This document shows, piece by piece, positions 18,191-28,600 of a stretch of 64,000 bases of DNA. Location of the stretch: NCBI GenBank assembly GCA_029855935.1, contig JAGSHN010000032.1, positions 1-64,000 on the forward strand. The letters run 5' to 3'. The stretch comes from Candidatus Thorarchaeota archaeon. GTDB taxonomy: Archaea > Asgardarchaeota > Thorarchaeia > Thorarchaeales > Thorarchaeaceae. The notes beneath the pieces were generated by a model. The model worked only from the letters and a program-made list of their open reading frames with translations. It was not told where the DNA came from and did not search any database. Made by a program: the position numbers and the translations under genes. The first letter of the stretch is position 1; the number at the start of each line of letters is the position of its first letter.

Positions 18191-19615
18191 ATGATCGAAG
18201 CACTTGAAAGAGGCATCGAGGAAGGTGAACGCCTCGGCGCGGATTTTGTTGAGGCAAGGTTCGAGGATCTTACTCTCCGTACCCTTGAGCGCACTGATGA
18301 TACCTGGCGTGACATTCAGGTGAAGTCGAGAAGAGGCGTTGCCATCACGTGCTATGTTGATGGCACTGCTGGCTTCTCCTTTGCTGCAAGTTCGGATGCA
18401 GCCACAGTTGTCGAGGCGGTCGGGCGGGCCTACAAGATGGCACGGGCATCAGCCTCTGCTGCAATGCTGAAGCTGCCCTTTGACAGAGATGAGCCTGTGA
18501 GTCCGACTCCGTCATACCGCCCCAAGATAGGCGTTCATCCTCGTGAGCGTGATCTGACATACAAGACGGAGCTTGTCAGTCGTGCTGTGGAGACGGCACG
18601 TGAACACGCCAAGAACGTCCGGAACATTCGCGGTCTGTACGGAGAGCTCTATGGTGACAAGGTCGTGGTCAACAGCGATGGTTCCAAGATTCAGTGGGAC
18701 TTTCTCGTGACCGAGCTGAGAGTACGTGTCACCTCCCGCACGGGCAGTGGGGATATGGTGGCAGGTATGGAGGGCTTTGGCGGAACGTTCGGGCTTGACA
18801 GATACGAGACCGAGCCCTACAACCCCGAGAGTATGGGCAAGGTCGCGGCCGAGCGCGCGAACGAACAGCTTGAGGCGCGTCCCTGTCCAGCTGGCAAGTT
18901 CCGGGGACTGATTGAGAATCGGCTTGTCGGCGTACTGGCACACGAGTCCTTCGGTCATCTCAGTGAGGCCGATTTTGTCGTCACAGGTGGCTCGCCACTG
19001 ACTGGCAAGGTCGGCGAGCGTCTCGGTACCGAGCACGCGACGATCATCGACTCAGGCATTGTGGACATAGAGTCCTACGGTGGTCTGTGGGTTCCATTTG
19101 ATGACCAGGGCACACCCGCAAGCGAAACCGTGGTCCTTGAGAGAGGAGTACTGAAACACTATCTGCACAATCGTGGTACGGCGAAGAAGCTTGGCCAGAG
19201 ACCCACCGGCAACGCACGGGCTGTGAACTTCACGTTCCCACCGATTGTCAGAATGACGAATACCTATTTCGCGCCCGGTGACCTCACTGAGGAGGAGGCC
19301 ATCGAGCTGGTGGGAACTGGTGTCTATGCCATCCAGACCTTCGGTGGCCAGGTACAGGGTGACGGCAGCTTTCTGTTCAAGGCTCTCAGGGGGTACTGGA
19401 TTGAAGACAGAGAGATCAAGTACCCCATTCGGGAAGTTTCGCTCTCAGGCAACGTTCTGGATCTTCTGGGCAAGGTCGAGGGCGCAACAAGGGACCTGCG
19501 ACTCTACAGTGGGTACTTCGGTGGCTGCGGGAAGGGCGGACAGGCGCCTCTGCCTGTCGGACTTGGCGGACCGAAACTGGTCATCGACGGCATCACATTT
19601 GGAGGGAAGTCATGA
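18191..19615 (+). CDS. tldD: TldD metalloprotease subunit
   Basis: HESFGHLSEAD, FDDQG, GNAR, RMTNTY, GGCGKGGQ…PVGLGGP motifs. Confidence 0.93.
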   Translation: MIEALERGIEEGERLGADFVEARFEDLTLRTLERTDDTWRDIQVKSRRGVAITCYVDGTAGFSFAASSDAATVVEAVGRAYKMARASASAAMLKLPFDRDEPVSPTPSYRPKIGVHPRERDLTYKTELVSRAVETAREHAKNVRNIRGLYGELYGDKVVVNSDGSKIQWDFLVTELRVRVTSRTGSGDMVAGMEGFGGTFGLDRYETEPYNPESMGKVAAERANEQLEARPCPAGKFRGLIENRLVGVLAHESFGHLSEADFVVTGGSPLTGKVGERLGTEHATIIDSGIVDIESYGGLWVPFDDQGTPASETVVLERGVLKHYLHNRGTAKKLGQRPTGNARAVNFTFPPIVRMTNTYFAPGDLTEEEAIELVGTGVYAIQTFGGQVQGDGSFLFKALRGYWIEDREIKYPIREVSLSGNVLDLLGKVEGATRDLRLYSGYFGGCGKGGQAPLPVGLGGPKLVIDGITFGGKS

Positions 19616-21027
19616 TGGACTCATCGCACAGAATAACATTCGACAGCGTCAGCGACGAGTTGCTGGCAGTGGCGGACTCTGCGCTCAGCCACGGACGCTC
19701 TGTGGCACCTGATGCAGAGGTGGAGGTCTTCGTCTACTTCTCAAAGAGCATGGAGGTGGAGATTGATCAGGGCATTGTCACCGCAAAGGACGGTGCGGTG
19801 GCTGGTGCTGCAGCCCGAGTCGCACTTGGCAAGAGGATTGGATTTGCCTCTGCGAGCGGCGTGTCTGACGACAGGGTCAAGTCCTGCGTGGACAACGCTC
19901 TGGAGGTGGCAAAGAGTGTCAATGTCGAGGACCCTCGTTTCGAGGGCTTCTGCGACCCAGCAGGACAAGGCCGTGACGGCGCCTTCGATGACCGGATCTT
20001 GGAGCTGGGTACAGACGACCTGATTCGCTGGGCTCAAGAGGTGATTGAGGAGGCCAAAAAGGTCGATGAGCGTGTGAAGATTGTCAGCTCCTCGGGCGAG
20101 GCTTGGTGGGGCGGCTATGCAGTCGCCAACACGCGCGGAGTCCTCGGAGCGACAAGATTTGGCGGAAACGTCATCACGTCCAATATTCAAGCCATAGAGG
20201 GAGAGGAGCGCCGTGGGTCTTTCGAGTTCGATGCAGCGCGTGATCGGCTTGTTGAGCGCGAGGGACTTGGTGCCAGGGCAGCAGAGCGGGCGGTCTCCCT
20301 TCTCGGAGCGAAGAAGCTCGACTACACGGGTGAGATGAAGACCGTGTGGGCGCCCATCCCGGCATCGACCTACATCGCCTCCAGCCTCTCCCGTTCGGTG
20401 CTGGGAAAGCCAGTTGTCGAGGGCATATCTCCGCTATGTGACAGGCTTGGCGACAAGATCGCTCCCGACTTTCTCACAATCGTCGATGATGGTCAGAGCC
20501 CCAAGTCTATGGGGACCTACGCAATCGATGCAGAGGGTCATCCTCAGAGAGACAACGTCGTCATCAAGGACGGCGTCCTGAAGGGATTCCTGTTCAACAG
20601 CTACTACGCACGAGCCTTTGATGTCGACCCCACCGGAAACGCTGTCCGAGGTGGCGGACTGTTCGGCTCAGCCATCCCGTATGAGGTGGGTGTCGAGGTC
20701 GGCACAAAGCATATGGATGTCGCTCCAGGGAGACGGCCACTTGAGGACATTGTCTCATCGATTGGGGGCCGCGCTGTCCTCATCCACGACTTCCCACTGG
20801 GTATATTCCACACCGATGTGGCGACTGGTGAGTTCTCTATTGTGGCCAACAGTGTATTCCTCATCGAGGATGGAGAGATCAAGCATTCCATTCAGCCAGT
20901 GTCTGTGGCAGGCAACTTCTACAAGGGCCTGACAGATCTCGTTGAGGCTGGCTCCGATGTCCGCTCTCTGCCGTGGAACGTGACCGTTGGCACACTGGTC
21001 TTCGACGGCTTCTCGGTCGTCGGCTGA
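19612..21027 (+). CDS. pmbA: PmbA/TldE subunit
   Basis: DAEG, TGNA, TGEFS, AGNF motifs with no HExxH; coupled to tldD. Confidence 0.88.
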   Translation: MMDSSHRITFDSVSDELLAVADSALSHGRSVAPDAEVEVFVYFSKSMEVEIDQGIVTAKDGAVAGAAARVALGKRIGFASASGVSDDRVKSCVDNALEVAKSVNVEDPRFEGFCDPAGQGRDGAFDDRILELGTDDLIRWAQEVIEEAKKVDERVKIVSSSGEAWWGGYAVANTRGVLGATRFGGNVITSNIQAIEGEERRGSFEFDAARDRLVEREGLGARAAERAVSLLGAKKLDYTGEMKTVWAPIPASTYIASSLSRSVLGKPVVEGISPLCDRLGDKIAPDFLTIVDDGQSPKSMGTYAIDAEGHPQRDNVVIKDGVLKGFLFNSYYARAFDVDPTGNAVRGGGLFGSAIPYEVGVEVGTKHMDVAPGRRPLEDIVSSIGGRAVLIHDFPLGIFHTDVATGEFSIVANSVFLIEDGEIKHSIQPVSVAGNFYKGLTDLVEAGSDVRSLPWNVTVGTLVFDGFSVVG

Positions 21028-21070
21028 GGGTGCGTCCGTCAACTGTCGCCGGAGTGTGAGCGGCTCTGCA

Positions 21071-21090
21071 GGGGGTGCCAGCGCACCCCC
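21071..21090. terminator. GC hairpin between convergent pmbA and M32 genes
   Basis: GGGGGTGC-CAGC-GCACCCCC perfect 8-bp stem, extendable by flanking GCGGC/GCCGC. Confidence 0.45.
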
Positions 21091-21185
21091 GTTGCCGCCT
21101 AACTGGGAATGGGCGTACCTGGGGACGAGTGATCTGATGCGTCTCCGGCACGTACCAGTTTCTCCTGTGCGTTGTAAGTCCGTGT

Positions 21186-22709
21186 TCAGAAACCGAACAG
21201 GCTGGAGTACTTCGTCTCAAGATACTGCAGGAATGGCTTGGCGTCCAGACCGCGTCCGGTGACCTCCCTCACTAGGTCCGCAGGATCGTAGAGCGCCGAC
21301 TTGCTGTGGATGTTCTCGATCAGCCATTTCTTGACGTGACTGAAGTCGCCCCTCGCCACGCCCTCTCGCCAGTCGGGAATATCCCGGTTCATCTTCTCGA
21401 GCCACATACCGTCGTACACGTTGCCGAGAGCGTAGCTCGGAAAGTAGCCAAACAGACCTGAGGCCCAATGGGTGTCCTGCATCACTCCCTCGGCGTAGCT
21501 CTCTATCTCGACGCCAAGATACTTCTCGTATCTCTCATTCCAGACCTGTGGGAGTTCCGACACTGTCACCTTATCTGAGAATAGTGCGCGCTCGATCTCG
21601 AATCTGATAATGACGTGGAGCGAATAGGTCACCTCGTCGGCCTCTATCCGGATCTTGGACGGACGGACGTAGTTGACGGCCCTGACAAAGTCCTCAATCG
21701 GGATGTCCGCGAACACCCCGCCCGTCAGTTCGTTCAATCTCGGATAGTAGTACCTCCAGAACTCCAGTGTCCGGCCGTAGATGTTCTCCACGAATCTCGA
21801 CATCGACTCGTGAATTCCCATGCTCGCAGCCTCTCCGACTGGCTGATACATCCAGTCCTTGTTCAGATTCTGTTCGTAGAGGGCGTGTCCTCCCTCGTGG
21901 AGAACTGCATAGAGCATTGACATCACATTGTCAGGATGGTAATGAACAGTGATCCTCACATCGTCGAAGTACCCGGTTGTGAACGGATGTTCGGTCTCGT
22001 CGATGCGTCCACCAGCAGATTCGCTTCTGATATCGTAGCCGATGAGGTCGGCGAGGTCCGCCGCAATCTTTCTCTGGACGTCCACCGGTATCGTCCTATG
22101 GAGGAAATCGGTGTTGAGCCCTGCTGACGCCTCCGCGCACTTCTGTGTCAGCGGGACCAGCCCCTCGCGCAACTGCGTGAAGACCCTCTGTATCATATTC
22201 GAGGTCATCGCCCGCTCATAGTCATCTATCATACTGTCATAGAGATCTGGGATGCCTTTCACCTCTTTGACAATCTCGTATCGCTGACGGGTGAGATCGA
22301 CCATCTTGTCCAGTTCGGGTTGGAACATCGACCAGTCGTTGTTGGCCTTGGCCCTCTTCCACACTTCTGTGGCAATCGCCTGCTGCTTGGCAATGGCCGC
22401 GACGAGTTCGGAGGGGACCTTTGTCTCCTCCTCGTATTCCTTTCGGGCCAAGTACAGGTTCCTCTTCTGGACCTCGTCGTACGACTCGCTCTCTCGTTCT
22501 GCCTCCTCAAGTATCCGGCCGGTCTCCGGCCTCGTCAGGAGGTCGTGCTGTAGCTTGGACAGTGTGGCGATCTGCTCGCTCCTGAGCCGGACACCACGTG
22601 GCGGGATGTACGTCTCCAGGTCCCAGTGTAGCATATAGATAGCAGTCTCAATGAGCTTGAGCTCCTTGTAACGTTCAAGGAATCTCTCGTAGGCTGTCAT
22701 CGCGTTCAC
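21186..22709 (-). CDS. Thermostable carboxypeptidase, family M32
   Basis: HPFT, DVRIT, HEGGHALYEQ, HESMS, IRIEADE, QDTHW, GYFPSYALG. Confidence 0.96.
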   Translation of the reverse strand: MNAMTAYERFLERYKELKLIETAIYMLHWDLETYIPPRGVRLRSEQIATLSKLQHDLLTRPETGRILEEAERESESYDEVQKRNLYLARKEYEEETKVPSELVAAIAKQQAIATEVWKRAKANNDWSMFQPELDKMVDLTRQRYEIVKEVKGIPDLYDSMIDDYERAMTSNMIQRVFTQLREGLVPLTQKCAEASAGLNTDFLHRTIPVDVQRKIAADLADLIGYDIRSESAGGRIDETEHPFTTGYFDDVRITVHYHPDNVMSMLYAVLHEGGHALYEQNLNKDWMYQPVGEAASMGIHESMSRFVENIYGRTLEFWRYYYPRLNELTGGVFADIPIEDFVRAVNYVRPSKIRIEADEVTYSLHVIIRFEIERALFSDKVTVSELPQVWNERYEKYLGVEIESYAEGVMQDTHWASGLFGYFPSYALGNVYDGMWLEKMNRDIPDWREGVARGDFSHVKKWLIENIHSKSALYDPADLVREVTGRGLDAKPFLQYLETKYSSLFGF

Positions 22710-22819
22710 CCGCGAGTGGAATGGTGAACGAAGGACGCCGCCGCCTTGTTATCTGTCTTCCGACCTCAACATTGAATCAGCGTCAGTGACCTCCCCACGC
22801 GATCAGCCGCAGCAACTCG

Positions 22820-23437
22820 TCATTCATCGAGGAGGGTGTGTCTCTTCTTCGGTGGTGCGCGAGATTTCTTCACTCCGTATGCGCCCAGTACCACCACCAG
22901 ACTGAAGATGGCGATCACCGCAATCCCCACATACGTCACAGTCGCACTGGCCCCGGGCGTGATGGCAAAGGGTCCGATGAAGTCGTCGGGAGAGATTGCT
23001 GTGTAGGAATACGTCCCGGTGTCATTCGCAAACCTGCCGTGGACGGAGACGGCGAAGTAGTTCTCAGGACCGCTGATTGAACCAGTGAGCCGGGCGTGAA
23101 CAACTACCGAGATTCTCGTCGCCCCACTGGCCGGGATAGTGGGACTCACCGTATCGGCGGCAATCGGCGCGTAGTCAGTACCAGTGGAGCGCGTGATGCT
23201 GACGGTGATCTCAGTTATGTTGACCTGTGTCACCGAGGGCTCCATGGCCTCCACAGTGACGTTGACAGTCACCCGTTCATCGAAGGGGCTCAACCACGCG
23301 TCTGGCCCCGTGATTGAGACCGTGATGTGGAACGGGTCGTGGTCAAGTTCTCTAGGACCGTACTGGAGGGCGGTGATTGGCACCGCTGAGATGCTCAGCA
23401 GAAGAACCATTATGACGAACAATCTTGCGACTCGCAT
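22820..23437 (-). CDS. Secreted/membrane-anchored beta-rich hypothetical protein
   Basis: N-terminal signal peptide, Thr/Val-rich body, C-terminal TM helix plus basic tail. Confidence 0.75.
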   Translation of the reverse strand: MRVARLFVIMVLLLSISAVPITALQYGPRELDHDPFHITVSITGPDAWLSPFDERVTVNVTVEAMEPSVTQVNITEITVSITRSTGTDYAPIAADTVSPTIPASGATRISVVVHARLTGSISGPENYFAVSVHGRFANDTGTYSYTAISPDDFIGPFAITPGASATVTYVGIAVIAIFSLVVVLGAYGVKKSRAPPKKRHTLLDE

Positions 23438-23523
23438 GCCGTGGCTAGGTACGTGCGCAGTGGTATTTACACCTTGCCTTGCTTGAGCGCTCCGTCACGG
23501 GCCGGGACCGGTGTGAATCACTT

Positions 23524-24729
23524 ATGAGGGCAGACGGTCAAGTCTTGTCTATGTACCGGCCCGAGACAGGCGACTCATCCGGAGTCCGAAGGGGAGAGCT
23601 GATACTCTGCCCTGACCATTTCTCCGAGCGGACTCTGGCGTGGTTCTTCTTCGAGGAGTCGCCTGCCTCACAGCGACTTCTCTTGGGTGTTGCAAGACTC
23701 GGGGCCGGGGAGGACGTACGATATGGTTTCTATCGCTGTGTGGTCACGCTCGACACGCTTGCGGCGGCAGCGAACGGCATTGGTCCTGACTGCGAGAGAC
23801 GTCCGTTCCTCCTGACCACGCGGGGGGAGGGCGACATAGTGTGGACCGTGAGCGGAGAGTCCGACCATCACATCGACGACGCATCAGAGTGGGTCCCGTT
23901 CGCGGTGATGACCTATGGCCTCCCGGCTGAGAGACGACCGTTTCCACTGCGATGGATCAGGTTCGCCCCTCTCAGCGCTCGTGACCTCACGCCTCCTCCC
24001 GCAGTGCCAGTCACACGACTTGATGACGACAGAGTTCAACGCCTGCTCACGCAGGTCGTCGATACGGGTCGTCAGGTCCGCCGTGTTCGGCCATATGTCT
24101 CCGGAAAGCCTGCCACCTATGAGATAGACTTCGTGGACGCGGAGAATGGAGAGCTCCACGGCATCTACGAGTCGCCGCTCACACAGGACGTGCGGGCGGT
24201 TCTCAGAGACCCCTTCGACAGAGGCATACCGTACCTGCTTGAGGGGAGGCCCCCTCTCACCTGGGATCCGGAGAGCGACATTGACTATGGCTGGCTCTCC
24301 GCAGACTCGGGTCGAATCCCTCTGCGATTCCTGAGGTACTACGTCCTGCGTCACGGCACTCCGCTTGGCCTGGAGCTGCCCGAGACCTCGCACGACCTTG
24401 CGCAGATGACGATGCGAGAGGATGCTGAGTTTGTCTTCCGCCACGAGTCCTCTAGGTGTCCCGGTCGGGGCTCGCACGGCATCTGCTGGCGACTGACCGT
24501 GACCGGGGTGGCACCCGGCCGTCTTGCTGCACTGGAGGGTCTGACGCTGGATAGCCGCGCGGTGGTAAGGATTGTCGAGATGCGAATCTTTGTGGATGTG
24601 TCCTCTGGCATCATCTACCAGCCCACAATGCGTGTCGTGGTAGACGATCCGTCCTTTGTTCCTCCCCGGGAATTCCTGCAGAGCGACATTGTCGGCCGTA
24701 TCCTTGTTGATGACGAGGACTATGGCTGA
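23524..24729 (+). CDS. Hypothetical protein
   Basis: ~400-aa ORF with host-like codon usage; no recognised family; start uncertain (23479/23524/23551). Confidence 0.6.
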   Translation: MRADGQVLSMYRPETGDSSGVRRGELILCPDHFSERTLAWFFFEESPASQRLLLGVARLGAGEDVRYGFYRCVVTLDTLAAAANGIGPDCERRPFLLTTRGEGDIVWTVSGESDHHIDDASEWVPFAVMTYGLPAERRPFPLRWIRFAPLSARDLTPPPAVPVTRLDDDRVQRLLTQVVDTGRQVRRVRPYVSGKPATYEIDFVDAENGELHGIYESPLTQDVRAVLRDPFDRGIPYLLEGRPPLTWDPESDIDYGWLSADSGRIPLRFLRYYVLRHGTPLGLELPETSHDLAQMTMREDAEFVFRHESSRCPGRGSHGICWRLTVTGVAPGRLAALEGLTLDSRAVVRIVEMRIFVDVSSGIIYQPTMRVVVDDPSFVPPREFLQSDIVGRILVDDEDYG

Positions 24730-24804
24730 GCAGGCGGACATCTCAAAGTCTAAGTAGGGCCATTGTCCACAGCGGCGCCGTACAACCAGTGGAGCGTGAT
24801 AAGG

Positions 24805-25698
24805 ATGGGCCTACCTGTGATAGTCGTACACGGTGGTGCGGGAAAATGGAAGGATGAGCGAATCCCAATAGGCGTTGAGCAGGTGCGCCAGGCGGCTCTT
24901 GTGGGATTCGAGGTGTTGAAGCGAGGAGGCTCCGCCCTAGATGCCGCCGAAGTCTGCACGGCGTACATGGAGAGCTGCGGAAAGCTCAACGCTGGCGTCA
25001 GTGCGGCACGCAATCTTGACGGGATTCGTGAGCTTGATGCGATGATCGTCGACGGCAGCCGCTTGGACTTCGGCTCGGTGGCGGCTGTGACCGGTATTTA
25101 CAACCCGATCTCGCTCGCGCGGTATGTGATGGAGAAGACACCTCACAAGTTCTTTGCCGGTGAGAATGCCCGACGGGTTTACGCTCAGATGCTCGCTGAT
25201 GGCTATCGCCCAGAGCGTTCTCCTGGTATTCTCGATATCACAGCCGAGACCTTAGGTCCTGTGAGTGACGACACGGTCGGCTGCGTTGTGGTGGACTCAC
25301 AGGGACGCGTCGCGGCAACATCCTCCACTGGAGGCACTCGCAAGAAGATGCCCGGACGTGTTGGGGACTCCCCCATAATGGGCGCCGGTGCTTATGCCAA
25401 TGAGGTCTGCGGTGTGGCCGCAACTGGCCAGGGCGAGCACATAATCCGTGTCTTGTTGAGCCGGACGGTGGCTCTATACGTCGAACAGGGCGATGATCCG
25501 CAGTTGGCGGCGCGACGCGGCATCGAACTGCTCATCGAGAAGACGGGCTCCGAGGCCGGACTCATTGTGGCGGACGTGAAGGGTGGGACAGGGATGTGGA
25601 CGAACGCCAAGGCCATGCCTGCTGCTGTGATATGCGGTGACGAGTCGTCATTGAGAGTATTCTCGATGCGTGACGAGATCAACTCGTACGAGCCCTGA
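24805..25698 (+). CDS. Isoaspartyl peptidase/L-asparaginase (Ntn hydrolase)
   Basis: VHGGAG, ELDAMIVDG, D|TVG nucleophile, TSSTGG, PGRVGDSP, TGQGE. Confidence 0.93.
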   Translation: MGLPVIVVHGGAGKWKDERIPIGVEQVRQAALVGFEVLKRGGSALDAAEVCTAYMESCGKLNAGVSAARNLDGIRELDAMIVDGSRLDFGSVAAVTGIYNPISLARYVMEKTPHKFFAGENARRVYAQMLADGYRPERSPGILDITAETLGPVSDDTVGCVVVDSQGRVAATSSTGGTRKKMPGRVGDSPIMGAGAYANEVCGVAATGQGEHIIRVLLSRTVALYVEQGDDPQLAARRGIELLIEKTGSEAGLIVADVKGGTGMWTNAKAMPAAVICGDESSLRVFSMRDEINSYEP

Positions 25699-25803
25699 CT
25701 TCGGTCTTGTCCTCAGTCGTCAATTCGCTATTGAGCCGCCACACTGGGATTCGGAACTGAGGTTCGCAGCACGGTCGCTGGTCGTGCGGACTCTGTGATG
25801 GCC

Positions 25804-26247
25804 CTATGCCTGCCTGCCGTGGTCCTTCAAGAGCCGCTGAATCAGGGCCTCGTAGTCGTTGAAAGGTCGTAGTCCGAGCACGCTGCGGGTGGGTCTTCCT
25901 TTCTCAAAGATGTGGACAATCGGGACGCTCTGGACACGGAACTGCGCGGCCACTCTGGGGTTCCTGTCGATGTCAATCTTCCCGAAGAAGACCTTGCCCT
26001 TGTACTTCTGGGCGAGCTCCACCATCATCGGTGCCAGGGCCTTACACGGTCCGCACCACTCCGCGTAGAAGTCAACGATGGCAATTCCTGTCTGCTGGAT
26101 TGTGGGCCAGAAATTCGCATCATTGAGTACGTTCACCTGTCCGTTGGCCAGCGGCTCAGCCACTGCCGGAACCGGTGGTTGACGCGCTCTGCGCATCAGC
26201 TCCTCCATCTTTCTTCGTCGTATCGCTGCCAGTTCGTCGTCGGACAT
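25804..26247 (-). CDS. trxA: Thioredoxin with archaeal N-terminal helix
   Basis: MSDDELAAIRRRK…DFYAEWCGPC…SVP; start moved to ATG 26247. Confidence 0.9.
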   Translation of the reverse strand: MSDDELAAIRRRKMEELMRRARQPPVPAVAEPLANGQVNVLNDANFWPTIQQTGIAIVDFYAEWCGPCKALAPMMVELAQKYKGKVFFGKIDIDRNPRVAAQFRVQSVPIVHIFEKGRPTRSVLGLRPFNDYEALIQRLLKDHGRQA

Positions 26248-26429
26248 GTTCTTCCCTCGCGGTTGTGCGTCACGTGCGCACACTCGATTGAGTATTTGAA
26301 CCCTTTGATGTGGGCTAACGGTGCAAGCGCCTCGGTGTGGTCCGACTGGCTGGTGGCCAATACCCACAAGTACTTTGGCATCAATGCCAGAGTGATCACG
26401 ATTAATCAGACCGAGGGTTGAGGAGAACG

Positions 26430-27029
26430 ATGCGGCACGAAGAGGGCGATGGCTCAACAGGCCGACAGACTCCTGAGAGCCGCCTTCCGCCGGGACAGAG
26501 ACGGGTCGACAGACTTCTGGAGCTGAGCGTTGAGCGTCCGCCAGCAATCGATAGCAGTGAGTGGAGGCTACGAATCTTTGGCGAGGTGGACAATCCGGTG
26601 GAGCTGACGTGGGACGAGATTCTTCGGTTGCCGTTCGTGAGGCTAACTGCTGATTTCCACTGTGTGACAGGGTGGAGCCGTCTTGGTGTGGAGTGGGGAG
26701 GCATTCTTGGCCGGACGGTGACCTCACTCGCAGGGGTGCGCCCGGCCGCCAAGTTCGTGATAATGCACGCGTACTCAGGCTACACAAGCAACATTCCCCT
26801 CGAAGTGTTCCTACAGGACGATACTCTTCTTGCCTACGAGCTGGACGGGAGGCCCCTGCCCCCTGAGCTTGGCGGCCCTCTGCGTGCCGTCGTTAGCAGG
26901 CTCTATGCTTACAAGAGTGTCAAGTGGCTCACGGGCATCGAGTTCTCACAGAGCGATCGGCCGGGCTTCTGGGAACAGAGAGGATACCATAACTATGCCG
27001 ATCCGTGGCAAGAGCAGCGTTACCAGTGA
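26430..27029 (+). CDS. Sulfite oxidase-like molybdopterin oxidoreductase (YuiH type)
   Basis: RLPPGQ, DFHCVTGWS, GGPLR, YAYKSVKW, GFWEQRGYH. Confidence 0.9.
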   Translation: MRHEEGDGSTGRQTPESRLPPGQRRVDRLLELSVERPPAIDSSEWRLRIFGEVDNPVELTWDEILRLPFVRLTADFHCVTGWSRLGVEWGGILGRTVTSLAGVRPAAKFVIMHAYSGYTSNIPLEVFLQDDTLLAYELDGRPLPPELGGPLRAVVSRLYAYKSVKWLTGIEFSQSDRPGFWEQRGYHNYADPWQEQRYQ

Positions 27030-27233
27030 CCCTCCGCCCACGTCAACACTGTCCAACGTGCGTCCATGCTCTGAGAACGGCCGCACAGCATACTAGCTCA
27101 GAAAGATTCCCAAGTCTGAGAAGAGCAGTGGGTGTGCCAGTCTTATGAGGACTTGCCATTCGGTTGTTGCCTTCCTCGTCGGGCGTGGGTGCTACTGGAC
27201 TGTATCTCACGAAGTCTACGGCTTGAGCTCAGT

Positions 27234-27632
27234 TCATAGGACTCTCTTCCGGGCGTCGACGGTGTGACCGCAGGACGCGCACTTCAGCTGTAGTGGCCCC
27301 ACCCACTCGACCGTTTCGTCAGACAGCGGCGCACCACAGTTCGGGCAGTTCGAAGGGGGTACGTAGACAGCTGATGATGTTCTCGTTTGGGCGGGCTCTG
27401 TGATCACGACAGGCCTGAGCGACCCCCGATGAAACCTTGATCCCTGCATCTTCCCTGTCAATGCTCCAATGAACATCATAACGCCAATTGCTCCGATGCC
27501 CAGTGCTATGAGAATGAATATCGGCGACGATCCTGTACTAAGTGTCATGTAGGTTCCAGCACCCGATATGACAATCCACACGAGTGAGAAGCATAGCAGA
27601 CAGAACCTGCCGCCGGTGTCAGACTCTTCCAT
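27234..27632 (-). CDS. Two-TM membrane protein with C-terminal zinc ribbon, paralog A
   Basis: Two hydrophobic helices, then CPNC…CASC; GGAGG RBS. Confidence 0.8.
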   Translation of the reverse strand: MEESDTGGRFCLLCFSLVWIVISGAGTYMTLSTGSSPIFILIALGIGAIGVMMFIGALTGKMQGSRFHRGSLRPVVITEPAQTRTSSAVYVPPSNCPNCGAPLSDETVEWVGPLQLKCASCGHTVDARKRVL

Positions 27633-27911
27633 AACGCATCCTCCGATGTTTTTCCCTGCGCGATACCCCTCGCCCCTCCATTCCGGTGCCGGCCATCTGC
27701 AGCCGGTCGCTGAGATGTCCGCGTCTTCGGCTGTTCCCGTGTGAGAGGGACGGATCGCCCTTGTCTGGCCTGTGAAAACTCACCATTTAGTTGTTGTCCC
27801 CCTTTGTCACCTCTTGGGCCAATCCTCAACTTGTTCCTGTTGTGACCACGTGCTTGTTTCTCCCTAGGATGTCAGAAAGACGATCCGCCCAAGACCAGCC
27901 GGAACGTAGAC

Positions 27912-28307
27912 TCACAGTACCCTCTTCTTGGCCTCAACGGTGTGGCCACATGAGGGACATTTTGCCTGGAGTGGCCCTACCCACTCGACTGTCTCATCAG
28001 ATAGAGGCGCTCCACAATTCGGGCAATTCGGAGGCGGAGTGTAGACAACAGGAGTCCCAGAGCCAGAGGGCTCTCTTATCACGACGGGCTTGAGAGAGCC
28101 CACCATCGCTGCCGTGTCGCCAAACTTTCCCGTTGCAATCCCGAGTACCAACATGACTCCGATTCCTGCCATTGCCAGTGGTACGAGCACGAACATTGGA
28201 GGTGCTCCTGCACTGGCAGCTGACATGCCCATTCCTACTGCTATCACAATCCAGATGATGATGAAGCATACTCCGAACCATTTTCCAAATGTATCGTTAC
28301 CTGACAA
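27912..28307 (-). CDS. Two-TM membrane protein with C-terminal zinc ribbon, paralog B
   Basis: TTG start after GGAGG; CPNC…CPSC; C-terminus nearly identical to paralog A. Confidence 0.8.
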   Translation of the reverse strand: MSGNDTFGKWFGVCFIIIWIVIAVGMGMSAASAGAPPMFVLVPLAMAGIGVMLVLGIATGKFGDTAAMVGSLKPVVIREPSGSGTPVVYTPPPNCPNCGAPLSDETVEWVGPLQAKCPSCGHTVEAKKRVL

Positions 28308-28600
28308 GGCGTATCCTCCAATTCCCTGTCCAGCGCGTGACCCCTCTGCTCTATGACCTGGTACCCACCCACTCCACGAGTCTTGTACCAAGGTGGAGGA
28401 TAGTCATATCGTCGTCCCCGTTTCAGAGCGGGGGCAGCGCATTCTAGTTCTGGCGCGACAACGCAACATTTAGTTATTGCCTTTTCTGTCAGCTGCGAGA
28501 AGATCCCTGCCGCATTGTGTCTGTCCCCCGCAGCTCTAGGTGGCACGCTTGCAAATGCTCATAAGGTGGCTCAGGGGCGGCCAATGTAGGCGAGTTTCAA

